Assembly (NCBI RefSeq): GCF_004010195.1
Contig: NW_025215381.1
Coordinates: 536,710 to 600,709, forward strand
Length of the DNA: 64,000 nt
Source: Chiloscyllium plagiosum
Taxonomy: Eukaryota
Reading direction: 5' to 3'
Below the pieces are notes generated by a model. It saw only the letters and a program-made list of their open reading frames with translations. It did no database searches and was not told where the DNA came from. The position numbers and the translations under genes are program-made. Positions 25,140 through 38,230 of this stretch are shown here, piece by piece. The stretch's first letter is position 1; every line of letters starts with the position of its first letter.

Positions 25140-26908
25140 AACGGAAAGTTTTAAGTGCCTGTAGCAACAGAAAATGTTTGTGGTTTCTTGTTTGTTTACA
25201 AACCTAATGAGCAATTAAACTACTTCTTTTTGCTTAGCAATTATTTACTGCCCCCCCACTTCAGCAATGGTGGTGCGCTCCAATTCAGGCTTTCATTCGA
25301 TTATTGGTCATTTTATCCCTGCCAACGCTGCTAAAATAATTCTTTTTATCATTTATTGCACAGCTTCTGAAGTTTATACATACTTCCTACTGAAAAATGA
25401 GGATACGAGGGGGACCCGGGGGATCAGCAGAATACAGGGTATGTGGAAATAGCAGAATGGGCTGGGGGAGGAATTGAGAGATGAAGTTTAATGAGAGCCC
25501 GTTGGACAGGAAACAACAGACGCAGGAAAACAACAATAAGTAGGTTCAAAAAGGGGAAAAGGGCAGTTAGTAAAATGGACTCTTGGACTGTTTGTAGTAT
25601 TTGGGGAAAAAACAGATGAATAAGCCACACAAATATGATCTTACAGACATTACTGAATCAAGATTAGAAGGAACTAAATATGCAAGGGTATGTGAATTCT
25701 TCAAAGGTCAGGCAGAAAGGAAATGTTGGCATGGTAGCATTGTTGGAACAAGATGGAACAAAGTACAAGACTAAAAATTGATCTTGATTCGGAAGATATC
25801 CAAGTTTGAGTCCTGTTTGCCACAGAAGTGAGAGAGATTAACGATTGATTAAGTGTTTATTTTAGAAAAGGTTTTTCCTGTAGGCAGTAGACAGTGAAGC
25901 TGAAGTAGTTTAAACTGAGTATAAGAGAAAGAAAAGTTACTCACTGGGTCTCCTGCCAGCTATCTGTTTCAATGGGGCTGGTAAATGTATTTCTGCTGCA
26001 CATTGCTATGGTCAGACTGAGGTTATCACATACAACACATTTTTTTTCCTAGGTACTGTAAGGGCAAAGTCAAGCCAGCTTTATGATCAACAGGTCCACA
26101 CCAAACCACACATTCCCTTTCCTGTCACACAGAGACTAACAGCTTAATTTTAAAATCCATTGGACAACGTAGTACATTGAGGTTATTTTCCCAACACCTG
26201 AACTTTAGTATGTTCATGACATGAGTGGTCATTTCTGCTTCATGTCAAACTGATTATTGTTAGATCTCAACATCATATTTCAATAGGAATGCTTCAATGA
26301 AAGCAAGAGCAGCCTAATATAAAATATTAGCTGTGGGTACAAGATTAATGGTTGTTTTTGTTTTAAAGTAGGTTGCTGGTATATTCTTAAGCTGGTTAGA
26401 TTCAAAATAATACTGTTACACTCAGCATCAATCAGCAATGTAATTCTTGTTCGAAGCAAGTTTTGGAAATTTACCAAGTTGCATACCTGCTGGCACCGAA
26501 ACAAAGTATTTGTAAACTCTGGGGCCATTACCTAAGAAAGAAAATAGTCTAGCTCGCATGAGAGTAAGCGAGGATAAAATTAAACTAAGTAGGATAAATG
26601 TGACACTATCAAGGAGATAGGATGCCTTTGTAACAACTTTTAACATTGCTGCCACATTTGGCACCATTAGGGATTAGTCCTCCTATTAATGTTGGGCAAA
26701 TTGATTAAGACAAACCCATGTTTTGAGACATTCCTGAGGTGGTGGCATATTTTTCAGCAATTGTGGTTGTGTGTGGGGCCAGGAAAGGATGAAACTGGTT
26801 ATAGGAGGAACAATGGTGTGTGAACTATTTTAGAATATGACCACTGCACCATAAAACCCTTCTAACCATACTAATTATCAGCAAACAGAATGGACTCAAC
26901 CTACTGAA

Positions 26909-27027
26909 GAAGGGCTTATGCCCGAAACGTCGATTGTCCTGTTCCTTGTATGCTGCCTGACCTGCTGTGCTTTTCCAGCAACACATTTTCATCTCTGATC
27001 TCCAGCATCTGCAGCCCTCACTTTCTC
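26909..27027 (+). mobile_element. Solo PLE family A terminal repeat with 14-bp TSD
   Basis: Flanked by ctcaacctactgaa at 26895-26908 and 27028-27041; hammerhead core ctgaaga-a-gggc-ttat-gccc-gaaa-cg-tc at 26904-26931. Confidence 0.88.
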
Positions 27028-27558
27028 CTCAACCTACTGAAAGCCAAACATGCTGTGCATATCGAGTATGTTTTGGAAATCAAAATATCTTTCAACTTTT
27101 GCCTCCCCTTAATTTATCCTGCTGGTTTCTCTTCACAGAATTCTAATCAATTTGTCTGGTATGAGTTTACCTTCATGAAGCCATGATTAAAACCATGTAA
27201 AAGCACACATGATACATTTTGAAATGCTTTGTAAATGGCATCCTTGATAACAAACTCAGAATATTTTCCCAATAACAGACATCAAGCTACCCATTCTAGA
27301 ATGGGGTGTTTTGGTCTTCGCCTTCTCAATACAGGCGTATTATTGGTGGTTTTCACATCTTCTGGGTTTTTTTTAACCAGCATTTCGAGATTCTTGGAAG
27401 ATTGCCAATAGTACATCCACCATCTCTGTAGCTACTTCCTTTAAAATCTTACATTTTGGTCATGGGACAGGTTTAATCCAGATTCTCAGGTCCATGGGTC
27501 TGACCAAGCTTTAACCTCATTAAAACTTCCCCAGTATGTTTTCTGCAATGATATTTCA

Positions 27559-30548
27559 AGGGAGGCGATGGCCTAGCGGTATTAACACTAGATTCTTAAT
27601 TTGGACATTCTGTTAATGTTTTGGGGACCCAGGTTCAAATTCCATCACAGCAGACAGAGGAATTTGAATTCAATATAAAATATCTGGAATTAGGAATCTG
27701 CTGACCACCATAAAACCATTGTTGATTGTCGGAAAAACCCATCCGGCTCACTGTTGTCCTTCAAGGATTCATCCTACCTTGTTCGGCCTACATGTAACTC
27801 CAGAGCCACAACAATGTGGCTGACTTTCAACTGCGCTCTGAAATGGCCTTGCAAGCCACTCAATTTTGTCAATTTGAATCAGACCACCAGACATCGACCT
27901 AGATATTGTCTTTTCTAATGTCAAAAATAGCCTCTCAACCCTGAAAATTCCTGTTTACTCCCATCCGAGAGCCAAAACCAAAATCTGGAGAGCTGCCTGA
28001 CATCGCGAGCATGGTTATATTTCAGACATCACTGTCACCATCCCTGGACACGTTTGTCACACAAGCAGGACAGATCCAGCAAAAGCGGCAGGACAGTCAG
28101 GAGAATGTTGCCATGGGAGTCCTCAAAATTGACTCCAGACCTCTTGAAGTCTGGCTTCTGGTTAAACATAGGCGAAGAAACCTTTGCTGGTTACCATGTA
28201 CCATCCTCCCTCAGCTGATGAATCAATACTCCATGTTGAACACTTAAGGGGGCAAAATGTATTCCGGATGGGGAATTTCAACTTTCAACACCAAGTGTGG
28301 TTTGGCATCAGCAAGGCGGATAAAACTGGCCAGATCCAAAAAGACATCGCTGCTCGACTGGTTCTGCAGTGAGGGAACCAACAAGAAGTAAAAACATACT
28401 TGACCTCATCCTTCCCAGTCTGCCAGCTGCAGACTTAGTAACAAAATATAACAATAACAATGACCACCACAGTTCTCGTGGAGATAAAGGCCCTTCCTTC
28501 ACATTGAAAATACCTTCCATTGCATTATTGACACTATCACCATGCTAATTGGGACAGACTTTGAACAAATGTATCAACTCAACACTGAGTACCCATGAGG
28601 TGGTGTGAGCCATCAACAACAGAATTGCACTCCAGCACAACCTGCAACCACATGTCCTGGCATATCCCCTTCTCAACCACTATCATTAAGCCAGGAGAGT
28701 GCAGGAGCCAGGAGCAGCACCAGGCATATGTAAAAATGTAGTATCAACCTGATGAAGCTACCAAACAGGACTTGGATGAAGCATGCCAAACAGCAATGAC
28801 AACAAGCTAAGGAATCCCATAACTAATAGATCGGATTGAAGCTTTGCAGTCCTGCCAAATCCAGTCGCAAATGATGTTGGGCAATTAAACAACTCACTGA
28901 ACATGGTTGCTTGACAAATATCCCAATCCTCAATCAATGTGAACATAAGCAGTAATCTTACAGTGTGAACTGCCAAGTGGATGATCCACTGCAACCTCGT
29001 CCAGTGGTCCCCAGCAATACCAGTGTTCAGCCATTACATTCACTCCACTGCGGTAGCAAAAAATGTTTGGAGGCACTGGATACTGCAAAGGTTATGGCCC
29101 TGATATTCCGGCAACAGTACTTGTGCTGCAGAACTTACTGTATCCCGCGACAAATTCTTCTCCTACATTTAGGAAGCTGGCATCAATACAAAACATGGAG
29201 AAAACCAGGACAAATTCAAACTGGTCAATTACTGACCCAGTCTCTTCTTGATCATCAGTTAAGTGATGGCAGGTGTCATCAACAGTGCTATCAAGCAGCA
29301 CTGCTCAACAATAACTTGTTCACAGACACCCAGTTGGATTCTGCCAGGGCCACTCATTACAGCCTTGGTTCAACCATAGGCAAAGGCGAGGCGAGGCAGA
29401 CAAACCTTGACATCAAGGCTTCATTCAACGGAGTGTAAAATCAAGGAGCCCAAGTAAAACTGGAATTCAATGGGTATCAGGGAGCAAACTTTCTACTGGT
29501 AGGAATCACACCTGGCACATAGGAAGATGGTTCTGATAATTGGACGTCACTCACCTCAGCTCTAGGATACCTCTGTAGGAGTTCCTCAAATTAGTGTCTT
29601 AAGTTTAACCACCTTCAGCTTCTTCAAAGGACCTTCACACCATTATAAAGGTCAGAAGTGGAGATGTTCCCAATGATTGCACAATATTCAGCACCATTCA
29701 TGACTCCTCAGATACTGAAGCAGTCCATGTTCAAATGCAACAAGTTTTGGACAATATCTATGCTTGGGCTGACCACTAGGTAGTAACATTTGTGCCACAC
29801 AAATTCCAGACAACAACCATCTTCAATAAGAGATTATCTAACCATTGCCCCTTGACATTCAAATGATGCTACCAGTGAATCCCCCACAATCAACATCCTG
29901 TGGGTTACCATTAACCAGAAATTCAACTGGATTCACCTCAAACACAGTGGGTCCAAGAGCAGGTCAGAGGCTAAGAATCCTGCAGCATGTAACTCACCTC
30001 TTGACTCCCCAAAGCCTGTCCACTATCTACAAAGCACAAGTCAAGAGTGTGGCGGAATACTCGCCACTTGCCTGAAAGACTGCAGCTTTAACAACACTCA
30101 AGCAGCTTGACACCATGCAAGACAAAGCATCCGCTTGATGTGAATCATACCCACAAATATCCACTCCCTCCACCACCGGCAATCAGTACACACTGCTGCT
30201 ATCATCTCAAAGTGCACTGCAGGAATTCACCAAAATTCCTTAGACAGCACCTTCCAAACCTGCGAACACTTCCATCTAGAAAGCCAAGGGTAGCAGATAC
30301 ATAAGAACATCACCACTTGCAAGCTCCCATCCAAGCCACTCACCACTCTGATTTGAAAATATATTGTTATTCCTTCACTGTCACTGGGTCAAAATCCTGG
30401 AATTCCCTGCATTGTGGGTCAACCTGCAGCAGATGGACTGCAGTTGTTCAAGGAGGCAGCTCGCCATCACCTTCACAAGGGCAATTAAGGGTGGACAATA
30501 AATGCTGGTGAACAAGTGACATCAACAGTCCATGAATAAATAAAATAA
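27559..30548 (+). mobile_element. Near full-length decayed LINE (CR1/L2 group, EN+RT) with a tRNA/SINE-like 5' head
   Basis: Head tggcctagcgg (A box) and ggttcaaattcc (B box); EN motifs YHPPS, GNFN, PTR..NILDL, DH; RT motifs LDIKASFNGV, GVPQ.SVL, MF..DC; tail aataaatgctgg...atgaataaataaaa. Confidence 0.85.
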
Positions 30549-30789
30549 AAGGATACCTGCTGTGTTTTATTTCCTCGCTCGACTTTTGCATGTTTAGAAT
30601 TTCGGAATGGCAAGATTGATTCAGAGTATTTGTTCCACTTCTCTGCCATTTCCTAGTTGTCTATTATTATTATTTCCCCAAGGAAACATGACCTCTAAAG
30701 GACCCAAAGTCAAACTGCGCTCACTTATTTTTTAAAAGTGAGTTTAAAGAAGCTCTTGCTAGCCATTGTCATATTGCTTCCTCGTTTAC

Positions 30790-32240
30790 TATCAAATGGG
30801 TTAAGAAATGGCAGATGGAGTTGAATTTGGATACATGTGAGATATTGCATTTTAGTAAAACAAACAAACAAACATACAATTAAAAGTAGGGCCTTGGATA
30901 ATATTGTAGAACAGGGAGACCTAGAGGTTCAGGTTCATAGTTCATTAAGTTTGCCTCACACGTAGACAGAGTGGTTAAAGAAACATTTAGCACCCTTGCC
31001 TTCATTGCTCAGATCTTTGAGTATAGGAGTTGAGATGTATTGTTAGAACATAGAACATAGAAGAATACAGCGCAGTACAGGCCCTTTGGCCCTCGATGTT
31101 GCGCCGATCCAAGCCCACCTAACCTATACTAACCCACTATCCTCCATATACCTAACCAATGCTCGCTTAAATGCCCATAAAGAGGGAGAGTCCACCACTG
31201 CTACTGGCAGGGCATTCCATGAACTTACGACCCGCTGAGTGAAGAACCTACCCCTAACTACAGCCCTATATCTACCCCCCCTTAATATAAAGCTATGCCC
31301 CCTTGTACTACCCGACCCCATACGCGGGAAAAGGTTCACACTGTCAACCCTATCTAACCCCCTAATCATCTTGTACACCTCAATCAAGTCACCCCTAAAC
31401 CTTCTTTTCTCTAATGAAAACAGCCCCAAGTGTCTCAGTCTTTCCTCATACGATCTTCCTTCCATACCAGGCAACATCCTGGTAAACCTCCTCTGCACAC
31501 GTTCCAGTGCCTCCACATCCTTCCGAAAGTATGGTGACCAAAACTGCACACAATATTCCAGATGCGGCCGCACCAGAGTCTTATACAACTGCATCATGAC
31601 CTCAGGACTCCGGAACTCAATTCCTCTACCAATAAAAGCCAGTACGCCATATGCCTTCCTCACCGCACTATTTGTTGAGGTTATATAGAACACAAGTGGA
31701 ATATGGTGTATCGCCTGGAGTACTGTGTCCAGTTCTAGTCACCCCGTTATAAAAAGGAGCTTAATAAAGTGGATACAGTTCAGAAAACATTTACCAGGAT
31801 GTGCTCGGACTGAAGGGTTTGATTTATAAGGAGAGGGTAGATAGGCTGAAACGTTTTTCACTGGAGCATAGGAGGTTGAGGGGTGATCTTATATAAATAT
31901 ATAAAATCATTTGTGGTATAGATAAGGTGAATGGCAGGTATCTTTTCCCAAGGGTAGAGAATTTCAAAACTCAGGGGCATAGTTTTAGTAGTGAGAGGAG
32001 AAAGACTTTAAAAAAAAAAGAGCAACATTTTTATACAGTAGTTCGCATGTGCAATGAACTTCCAGAGGGAAGTGGATGCAGGTACAATTACTACATTTAA
32101 AAGACATTTGGATATGTACATGATAAGAAATGTTTGGAGGGATATGGGCCAATGGCAGGCAGGTGGAACTATTTTAGTTTGGGATTATGGTCGGCATGAA
32201 CTGGTTGGACCGAAGGGTCTGTTTCCATGCTGTATGACTA
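30790..32240 (+). mobile_element. Decayed CR1 3' fragment, split by a younger antisense CR1
   Basis: KWQMELN..CEILHF at 30805-30855; resumes at 31671 and runs to the tail ttggaccgaagggtctgtttcc. Confidence 0.88.
31045..31670 (-). mobile_element. Young 5'-truncated CR1 with uninterrupted ORF2 C-terminus
   Basis: ORF 31124..31693 is open for ~180 aa, CpG-rich, with a clean (ttctatg)n tail; short ttgtt duplication at the junctions. Confidence 0.93.
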
Positions 32241-32289
32241 TAACAACTGGTGTTCAAGCCACCAGCGCCCATGAATGAATGAATGAAGT

Positions 32290-32590
32290 AAAAACGCTTC
32301 TCGCTCTAAAAGCAGTAGTTTCAAATCATTCCTCGCCACTAGTCCAAAGGAAGATAATGTCAAAGTAACTGGTATATACCGTTGATCGGAAGTCCTGCAC
32401 AGCAAGGAAGTCTTGCTCAAACTTGTACATGAAAATGTCGACGTATTGGGGTGCAAATTTGGTCACAATGGCTGTTCAGTGTGTCTGGATGAAGTACTGG
32501 CTGTTGAATGTGAAGATGTTGTGGTTGACGATGAAGCATACGAGTTGTGGGATGGCATCTGGAGATTCGCAGTTGTTGGAATCAAATACT
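32290..32590 (-). mobile_element. Penelope-like element RT fragment (third family)
   Basis: Minus strand NHNIFTFNSQYFIQTH*TAIVTKFAPQYVDIFMYKFEQ...YFDIIFLWT, equivalent to the PLE N.F.F...Q..G.AMG..AP.YANIFM...RYIDDIF motifs. Confidence 0.8.
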
Positions 32591-32682
32591 AAATTGAGTA
32601 GTAAATGAAGAGAAATCACTGAAACAATTAGGTGGCGATATCAACAAGTTCATTTACCACAGACTACTCTTCAGAATCAGGC

Positions 32683-32845
32683 AAAAGCAGGTACTGCAGA
32701 TTAGAGTCAAGGTTAGAGTGGTGCTGGAAGAGAACAGCAGGTCAGGCAGCATCCAAGGAGAAGGAAAAATCGATGTTTTGGGCAAAAGCCCTTCATCAGT
32801 AATGAGGCTGAGAGCATCAGGAGTGGAGAGATAAATGGGGAGGGT
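32683..32845 (-). mobile_element. PLE family A terminal repeat, decayed hammerhead
   Basis: gtgctggaagagaacagcaggtcaggcagcatcc...aatcgatgttttgggcaaaagcccttcatcag. Confidence 0.8.
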
Positions 32846-32849
32846 GTGT

Positions 32850-33380
32850 ACACATGTACACTACAGATAATCAGGTGACTCAGCTAATGTTGTCTATCTC
32901 ATATGCTGCAGACAAGGATGCCCTGAGGATTGGTATATTGGCGAGACCATGCAGATGCTATGACAATTGATGAATGGACAATGTGCACAATTGCCAAACA
33001 GGAATGTCCCCTCCCAGTCAAATGCATTCACAGCCTCCAATCTTCAATCAAGCATCCTCCAAGGCAGACTTCAAGATATACAACCATGCAGTTGCCAAGC
33101 AGCAACTAATAGCCAAATTCTGTACCCATTCCTCGTGTTCATGTTGCGCTACATGTCACCCCCAAAACACTTCTGTATCTGTAAAATCTTCCTTACTGTC
33201 CTGTTTTGATACCATCACCTTAATAAATTGTTATGATCTCTCTACCTTAATTAGTGTGTACAAGTTTGAATTACTTATTACTTCTCTGCCTCAATTAATC
33301 AGGTCATCCCTTTGACACTTTATTTACCACCTAACACTCTTGGTAACCTGCAGAGACTTATTATCTGACACTCCACTCAG
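32850..33380 (+). mobile_element. Penelope-like element GIY-YIG endonuclease fragment + 3' region
   Basis: SANVVYLICCRQGCPEDWYIGETMQ: VVY...CxxxC...YIGET motif. Confidence 0.82.
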
Positions 33381-33987
33381 ACAAAGTTGAAGGATACTCT
33401 GTGGAACATTGATCAGACAGACTGAATTTCACACTCAATTTGAGAGCAAGAAAACTGTCTTCTGCTATGGCTTGAAGAGGTGTATTCTGCTTTTTTGGGT
33501 TGAGACAGAGGTAATGTGTGGTCTGTTTCAAGCCATAAACTAAACAGCTTTTGAAGCCTGGGGTTTGTTTATAAAGTTGGAACAATAGAAACAGCATGCA
33601 AGGGTGGAGTCAAGCTCCTACAGAATCAGGATTTTAATTTAACTTTCAGTAGTTGCTAGGATCTTGAAGCTGGGTGTGGAGGCTGTTATTCCTCTCTGTT
33701 ACAGCTAAAAGTTTGGGTTCTCTTCCTGTTGCTAGAATTGCATGCAAGACAATCTATTTTACCGAATTTGCCAAGATTAGTTTTTTATGGGAGGCTACTA
33801 TATTGGAACAGTAAAATAATTTATTAGTCTGTTGAGTTTTCCAGTACAGTTGTTATTCGAATTCTTCTTCGTTTTGTTTGTACTTTAACTCGAGTCTAAG
33901 AATAAAGTGTGTTTTGCTTCAAGCCTGGTAGCTTGACTAATTGAATTCTATCCAGAACACAACACCTGACATTGGTCTTCTAAAATA

Positions 33988-36291
33988 TAAGTAGTTCTCT
34001 GATAACGTGCGATTTGGCAGTGTGATTGCCTTATAATATTGCTGAGGAATTAAGGAATGGGAGTTTCGTGAATGTTTACCTCTGTTCCCAATGGTGCAAT
34101 TCCAGCAGTGATTATTTCACACACCTCGTTCTGCACATGTTGCAATGTCCATGCTGAAGTGTTCACACCAGTCTGCGCACACGCCAATGTCAGCGTCCAA
34201 CTCTCCACATTGTCTGCGCATGCATTGGGCTTTGTGCCATTCTGCACATGCGCTGATATCAGCAGCTGACAGAGCAGCTTTCTGAGGGAGATATACTGAG
34301 CAGCTTCCTGTGAAAGATACACTACACCTATATTACCTCCTTCTTGACAAAATGGCACAGCGACAAGAATGTTAGCAAGCAGCATTCTGACAAAATTGTG
34401 GTGGTAAACACAAAATAAAGGCTGTAACACTGGAAGAGAAGCTAGATATTACAAAGCGTTTTGAGCATAGGGGTTGAATATGCTTAACTAGAATGAGGAC
34501 GTTTACCTTACACAACATTAGATGCAATGCTGAAAAGATTAAAGCAAGCTTTGTTGCTGGAACAAGTCTGAGTACCAGCAAATCTGAAATGTCACAGCCA
34601 AAGGAATTTGAAGAGATAGAGAGGCTTCTAAGTGTTTGGATAGTAGATCAAACAAAAAGGTGATCTGGGTCAACCTTTCTCACCATAAGAGAAAGCCTTA
34701 TCCACTTATGCAGGTGTAAGGAAAAATGCTTAAAATCATGCAGACATGCCTGCCTTCAGTGCTAGCAGTGGGGGGATTTGCTGGTTTTAAGAACCACTAT
34801 CGCTTTCATGACAAAGTTAATTGGTGAATCTGCCTGTGCAGATGCGCTGGCATTTCCTCCCATAGTAAAAAAAAAGCTGTTGAAGGAGGCTGTACCTTAG
34901 ATCAAATCTTCAATTTGGATGAGACAGCTTTACACGAAGCGAATGCCGGCAAGAATCTACGTTTCTAAGATCGAAGCACATGCTCCAGGCTTTAAAATGG
35001 TAATCGATCGTATGACTGCTGCTGGATGCCAATGCCAGTCACAACTTAAAGCTCAAGTCTGTGGTGGTGTACCACTCTGCCAATCCACAAGCCTTGATAT
35101 GTTACCTTAAGTCTACCCTCGACATCTACTTCAGGTCAAACAAAACAGTTTGAATGATGAGGTTAATTTTTTCTGACCTTATTGTTGATGTTTTGGAATA
35201 TGTTTTGAGACAGTATTGCAGGCAAAAGAAACTGGATTTTAAGACTCTTTTCATCCTGAACAATACACCAAGCCATCCTGCCAACATTGCTGAGCTTTCT
35301 GAAAACATCAAAGTGCTATTTCTACCTCTAAACACAACCTCTCTCAATTCAACCCATGGGCCATGGTGCAATATCAGCTTTTAAAGCTTATTATTTGAGA
35401 CGCCACATTCAAAAAGCTGACTGCAACTGACAGCGATAATTACGATTGTATTCTTAATTTTTGGAAGAGCTATTGACATTATTGCGGAGGCCTGGGGTGA
35501 TGTCAGTAAGGACTGCCTGCATGCAGATTGGTGGCGGCTTCTCCTGGATGTGTTTTAAGATTTTAAAGGATGCGAACTGTCAGAGGAGCCCCCATCAATC
35601 AAAAGAGAATTGCAGTGCCTTTGCAAAGCAGGTTGGCTTTGAGGAAGTGGAAAGTGGGGATATTGAAGAGCTGCTGGAGTCCCACTGTGAAGACCTCTCT
35701 ACAGCTGATGCCCCTCAGCCACAAGCTGTGGTGTAAGTGGAAGCTAGAGATGAAGATGAAATCCAGTATGCAGCACCATGAGAACTTTCCACTTCTCCTG
35801 TGTCTTCTATCCTCAGGGAAATTGAGAATCAGTAGCAACTCTTAGAGGACAATGATTGCAACGCACAGTGCAGCACGGTAGCGGTTTGTTCAATAAGATA
35901 TCATCTGGCACCCTATGAACAGCTTCTTCAATACAGAAGAAAAAAGAGAAAGCAGCAAAAACTGAATGTATTTTTTAAAATCAGAAGCTGTCAGAAGACT
36001 AACAACAGTCATCCACTTCTAAAACCTGAAGGTGATAATGACCACCTGCATTAACAATATTTTTTCAACGCAATGTGTTAAATTTACTTTTGTTTCATTA
36101 ATAAATGTGAATAAACCTTCATTCAGGCTGTGCTCTACTTTGTGTTAGGCTTATGGGTTATTTTTGAGCAATTTTTTTGCTGTTCTGCCCCTAACCCACT
36201 TTTCCCGTAGGCCCGGTGATTTCTATTAGCGATTTTCCATTAAGCGAGGTTACGTTGGAACACTACTACAGCATTATAGGAGAACTACTTG
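33988..36291 (+). mobile_element. Full-length decayed Tigger/pogo DNA transposon (~2.3 kb)
   Basis: TIRs aagtagttctctgataacg / gcattataggagaactactt, TA on the left (33986-87) and CA on the right. Transposase remnants: KAVTLEEKLDITKRFE (psq-HTH), FSASSG.F..FK, QIFNLDETAL, LFILNNTPSHP, LFLPLNTTSL, AFKAYYLR; many frameshifts. Confidence 0.92.
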
Positions 36292-36349
36292 CAATAAAAC
36301 ATAACGCCACCGAGAGTACTGCACACCTAATGACTTCGATTTTTACCTG

Positions 36350-37090
36350 TGTTGGAGAGGGAACAATGCTCCCAAAAGCCCAGTTTCTGCCTTACCTTGC
36401 AATCTGCTTCTCCCAAATTTTTGTGCACACCCCGGCTCCTCCAAACCAAATTCCCAGCACTTTCAGGTAATCAGTCCTGTATGATGAAGTGGATAAAAGG
36501 ATCGGTTGGCCCAGTTCCCAAGGAACATTGCCTCGCTCTTGCCTCCTGAGATCAATTCGAACAGGTCGCAGATGCTCACGAGTCCGCATCCTAACAGTGG
36601 ATTTGAGTAGAAAACTGTGACACCATCCGCGTACAGGGAGGCTTTGACCTGCAGGCCTCCACTGCCAGAATAGTCACCCCTCTCAGGTTCACATCCTTCC
36701 TGACAGACTCAGCAAACTCTATGCAACAGACAAACAATGCAACAGAAAAAAGGCAAATCTGTCTGACTCCAGATCTGTTTGAGAAGCTTTCGGATTCTCA
36801 CCCATTTATTGAGACCACACTAACGATGTTGGTGCAGATCCAATTTGGATTCCCTCACCAAAGCCCATTTTGAAGGGCACATCCCATGTAGGTGTGTGAC
36901 ATCCACTCAAATGCCTTCTCTTGGTCCAGGATTCTCAGGCAGATATATACTATCCCCATCTTGCACATAGGCAATCGTATCTGAGGAACACGAAGCTCTC
37001 AGAGATCGCCCTGCCCCGGACAGCAGGGATTTGGTCGGGGTGAATTATAGTTTCCAGAGCAGACTTGACCCAGTTAGCGATTACCTGCAA
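36350..37090 (-). mobile_element. Tx1-clade (L1 group) LINE RT fragment
   Basis: SGVRQ, VKASLYADGVTVF, DYLKVLGIWFGG..W...VRQKLGFWE on the minus strand. Confidence 0.8.
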
Positions 37091-37511
37091 AAGGATTTTG
37101 CATTCAGCAATGAAATTTGTCGCCAATTTCTAATCCAGACCCCGACATTATTTCTGGAAGACTTGTTCATCCATTTTCTGATCCCTTTTAAAAGGCTAAC
37201 ATACTACTTGCTTTTCCATTTATTTGTATCTGCATATTGACTGCTGTGACCCTTGTACCAGGACAACCAGCTCCCTCTGAACACCAACATTTCCCAATCC
37301 CTCTTCGTTAGAAAAGTAAGTCTGCTGATGGACTTTTGACAAAAAAATGTATAATTCCACACTTGTTAACATTATATTCCACCTACCACACAAATATACA
37401 AATTTAGAAGAACGCAGGCCATTCAGTACTGAGGCAGCTCAGTAATTACAGAAAGTCAAGATTGAACTGAGTGCCCCTCAACTCCACTTTCCTGCATCGC
37501 CCCACATTCTT

Positions 37512-37638
37512 GCCCTTCTTCAGGCTTATGCCCGAAACGTCGATTCTCCTGTTCCTTGGATGTGCCTGACCTGCTGCGCTTTTCCAGCAACACATTTTCA
37601 GCTCTGATCTCCAGCATCCGCAGCCCTCACTTTATCTC
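37512..37638 (+). mobile_element. Solo PLE family A terminal repeat with a short inverted head
   Basis: gcccttcttcagg (reverse complement of cctgaagaagggc) fused to cttatgcccgaaacgtcg...cagccctcacttt. Confidence 0.8.
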
Positions 37639-37749
37639 ATTCATTTAACTAGTCTGTATCCCTTTGCATCCTCTTTACAGAGTACTTTCCTGCCCAATAT
37701 CATATCCTAAACATTCAATCCCTTTAACAAAGTCATTGAAATAGATAGA

Positions 37750-38205
37750 CTCAGTAGTTAGCACTGCTGCGTCACAATGCCAGGTTAGATTCCTGCCTCG
37801 GCTTATGCCCGAAACGTCGATTCTCCTGTTCCCTGGATGCTGCCTGACCTGCTGCGCTGATGCTGCCTGACCTGCTGCGCTTTTCCAGCAACACATTTCC
37901 AGCTCTGATCTCCAGCATCTGCTCCAGCATCTCCATTTCTCCTCATAGATTCCTGCCTCGGGCAACTGTCGGTGTGGAATTTGTACATTCTCCCAGTGTC
38001 TGCGCGGGTGCTCCGGTTCCTACCTTAGTCCAAAAGATGTGCAGGTTAGGGTGAATTGGCTGTGCTAAATTGCCCATAGCGTTCAGGGATGTGTAGGTTA
38101 GGTGTATTAGTCAAGACAGATGCAGCACAATAGGTAGCGGTCGGAGTGGGCTTGTTCGGCTAAGTAGCCTGTTTCCATACTGTCGGGGTTCTATGATTCT
38201 ATGAT
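37750..38205 (+). mobile_element. HE1-type SINE interrupted by a solo PLE terminal repeat (37802-37945) with 16-bp TSD
   Basis: tagattcctgcctcgg duplicated at 37786-37801 and 37946-37961. Confidence 0.88.
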
Positions 38206-38230
38206 AAATAGCGAGGTTAAAGCACTGAAA

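Noticed and set aside
33385..33985. Solo LTR
   Set aside because: LTR-like composition with AATAAA, but no TG..CA termini, TSD or second copy could be identified.
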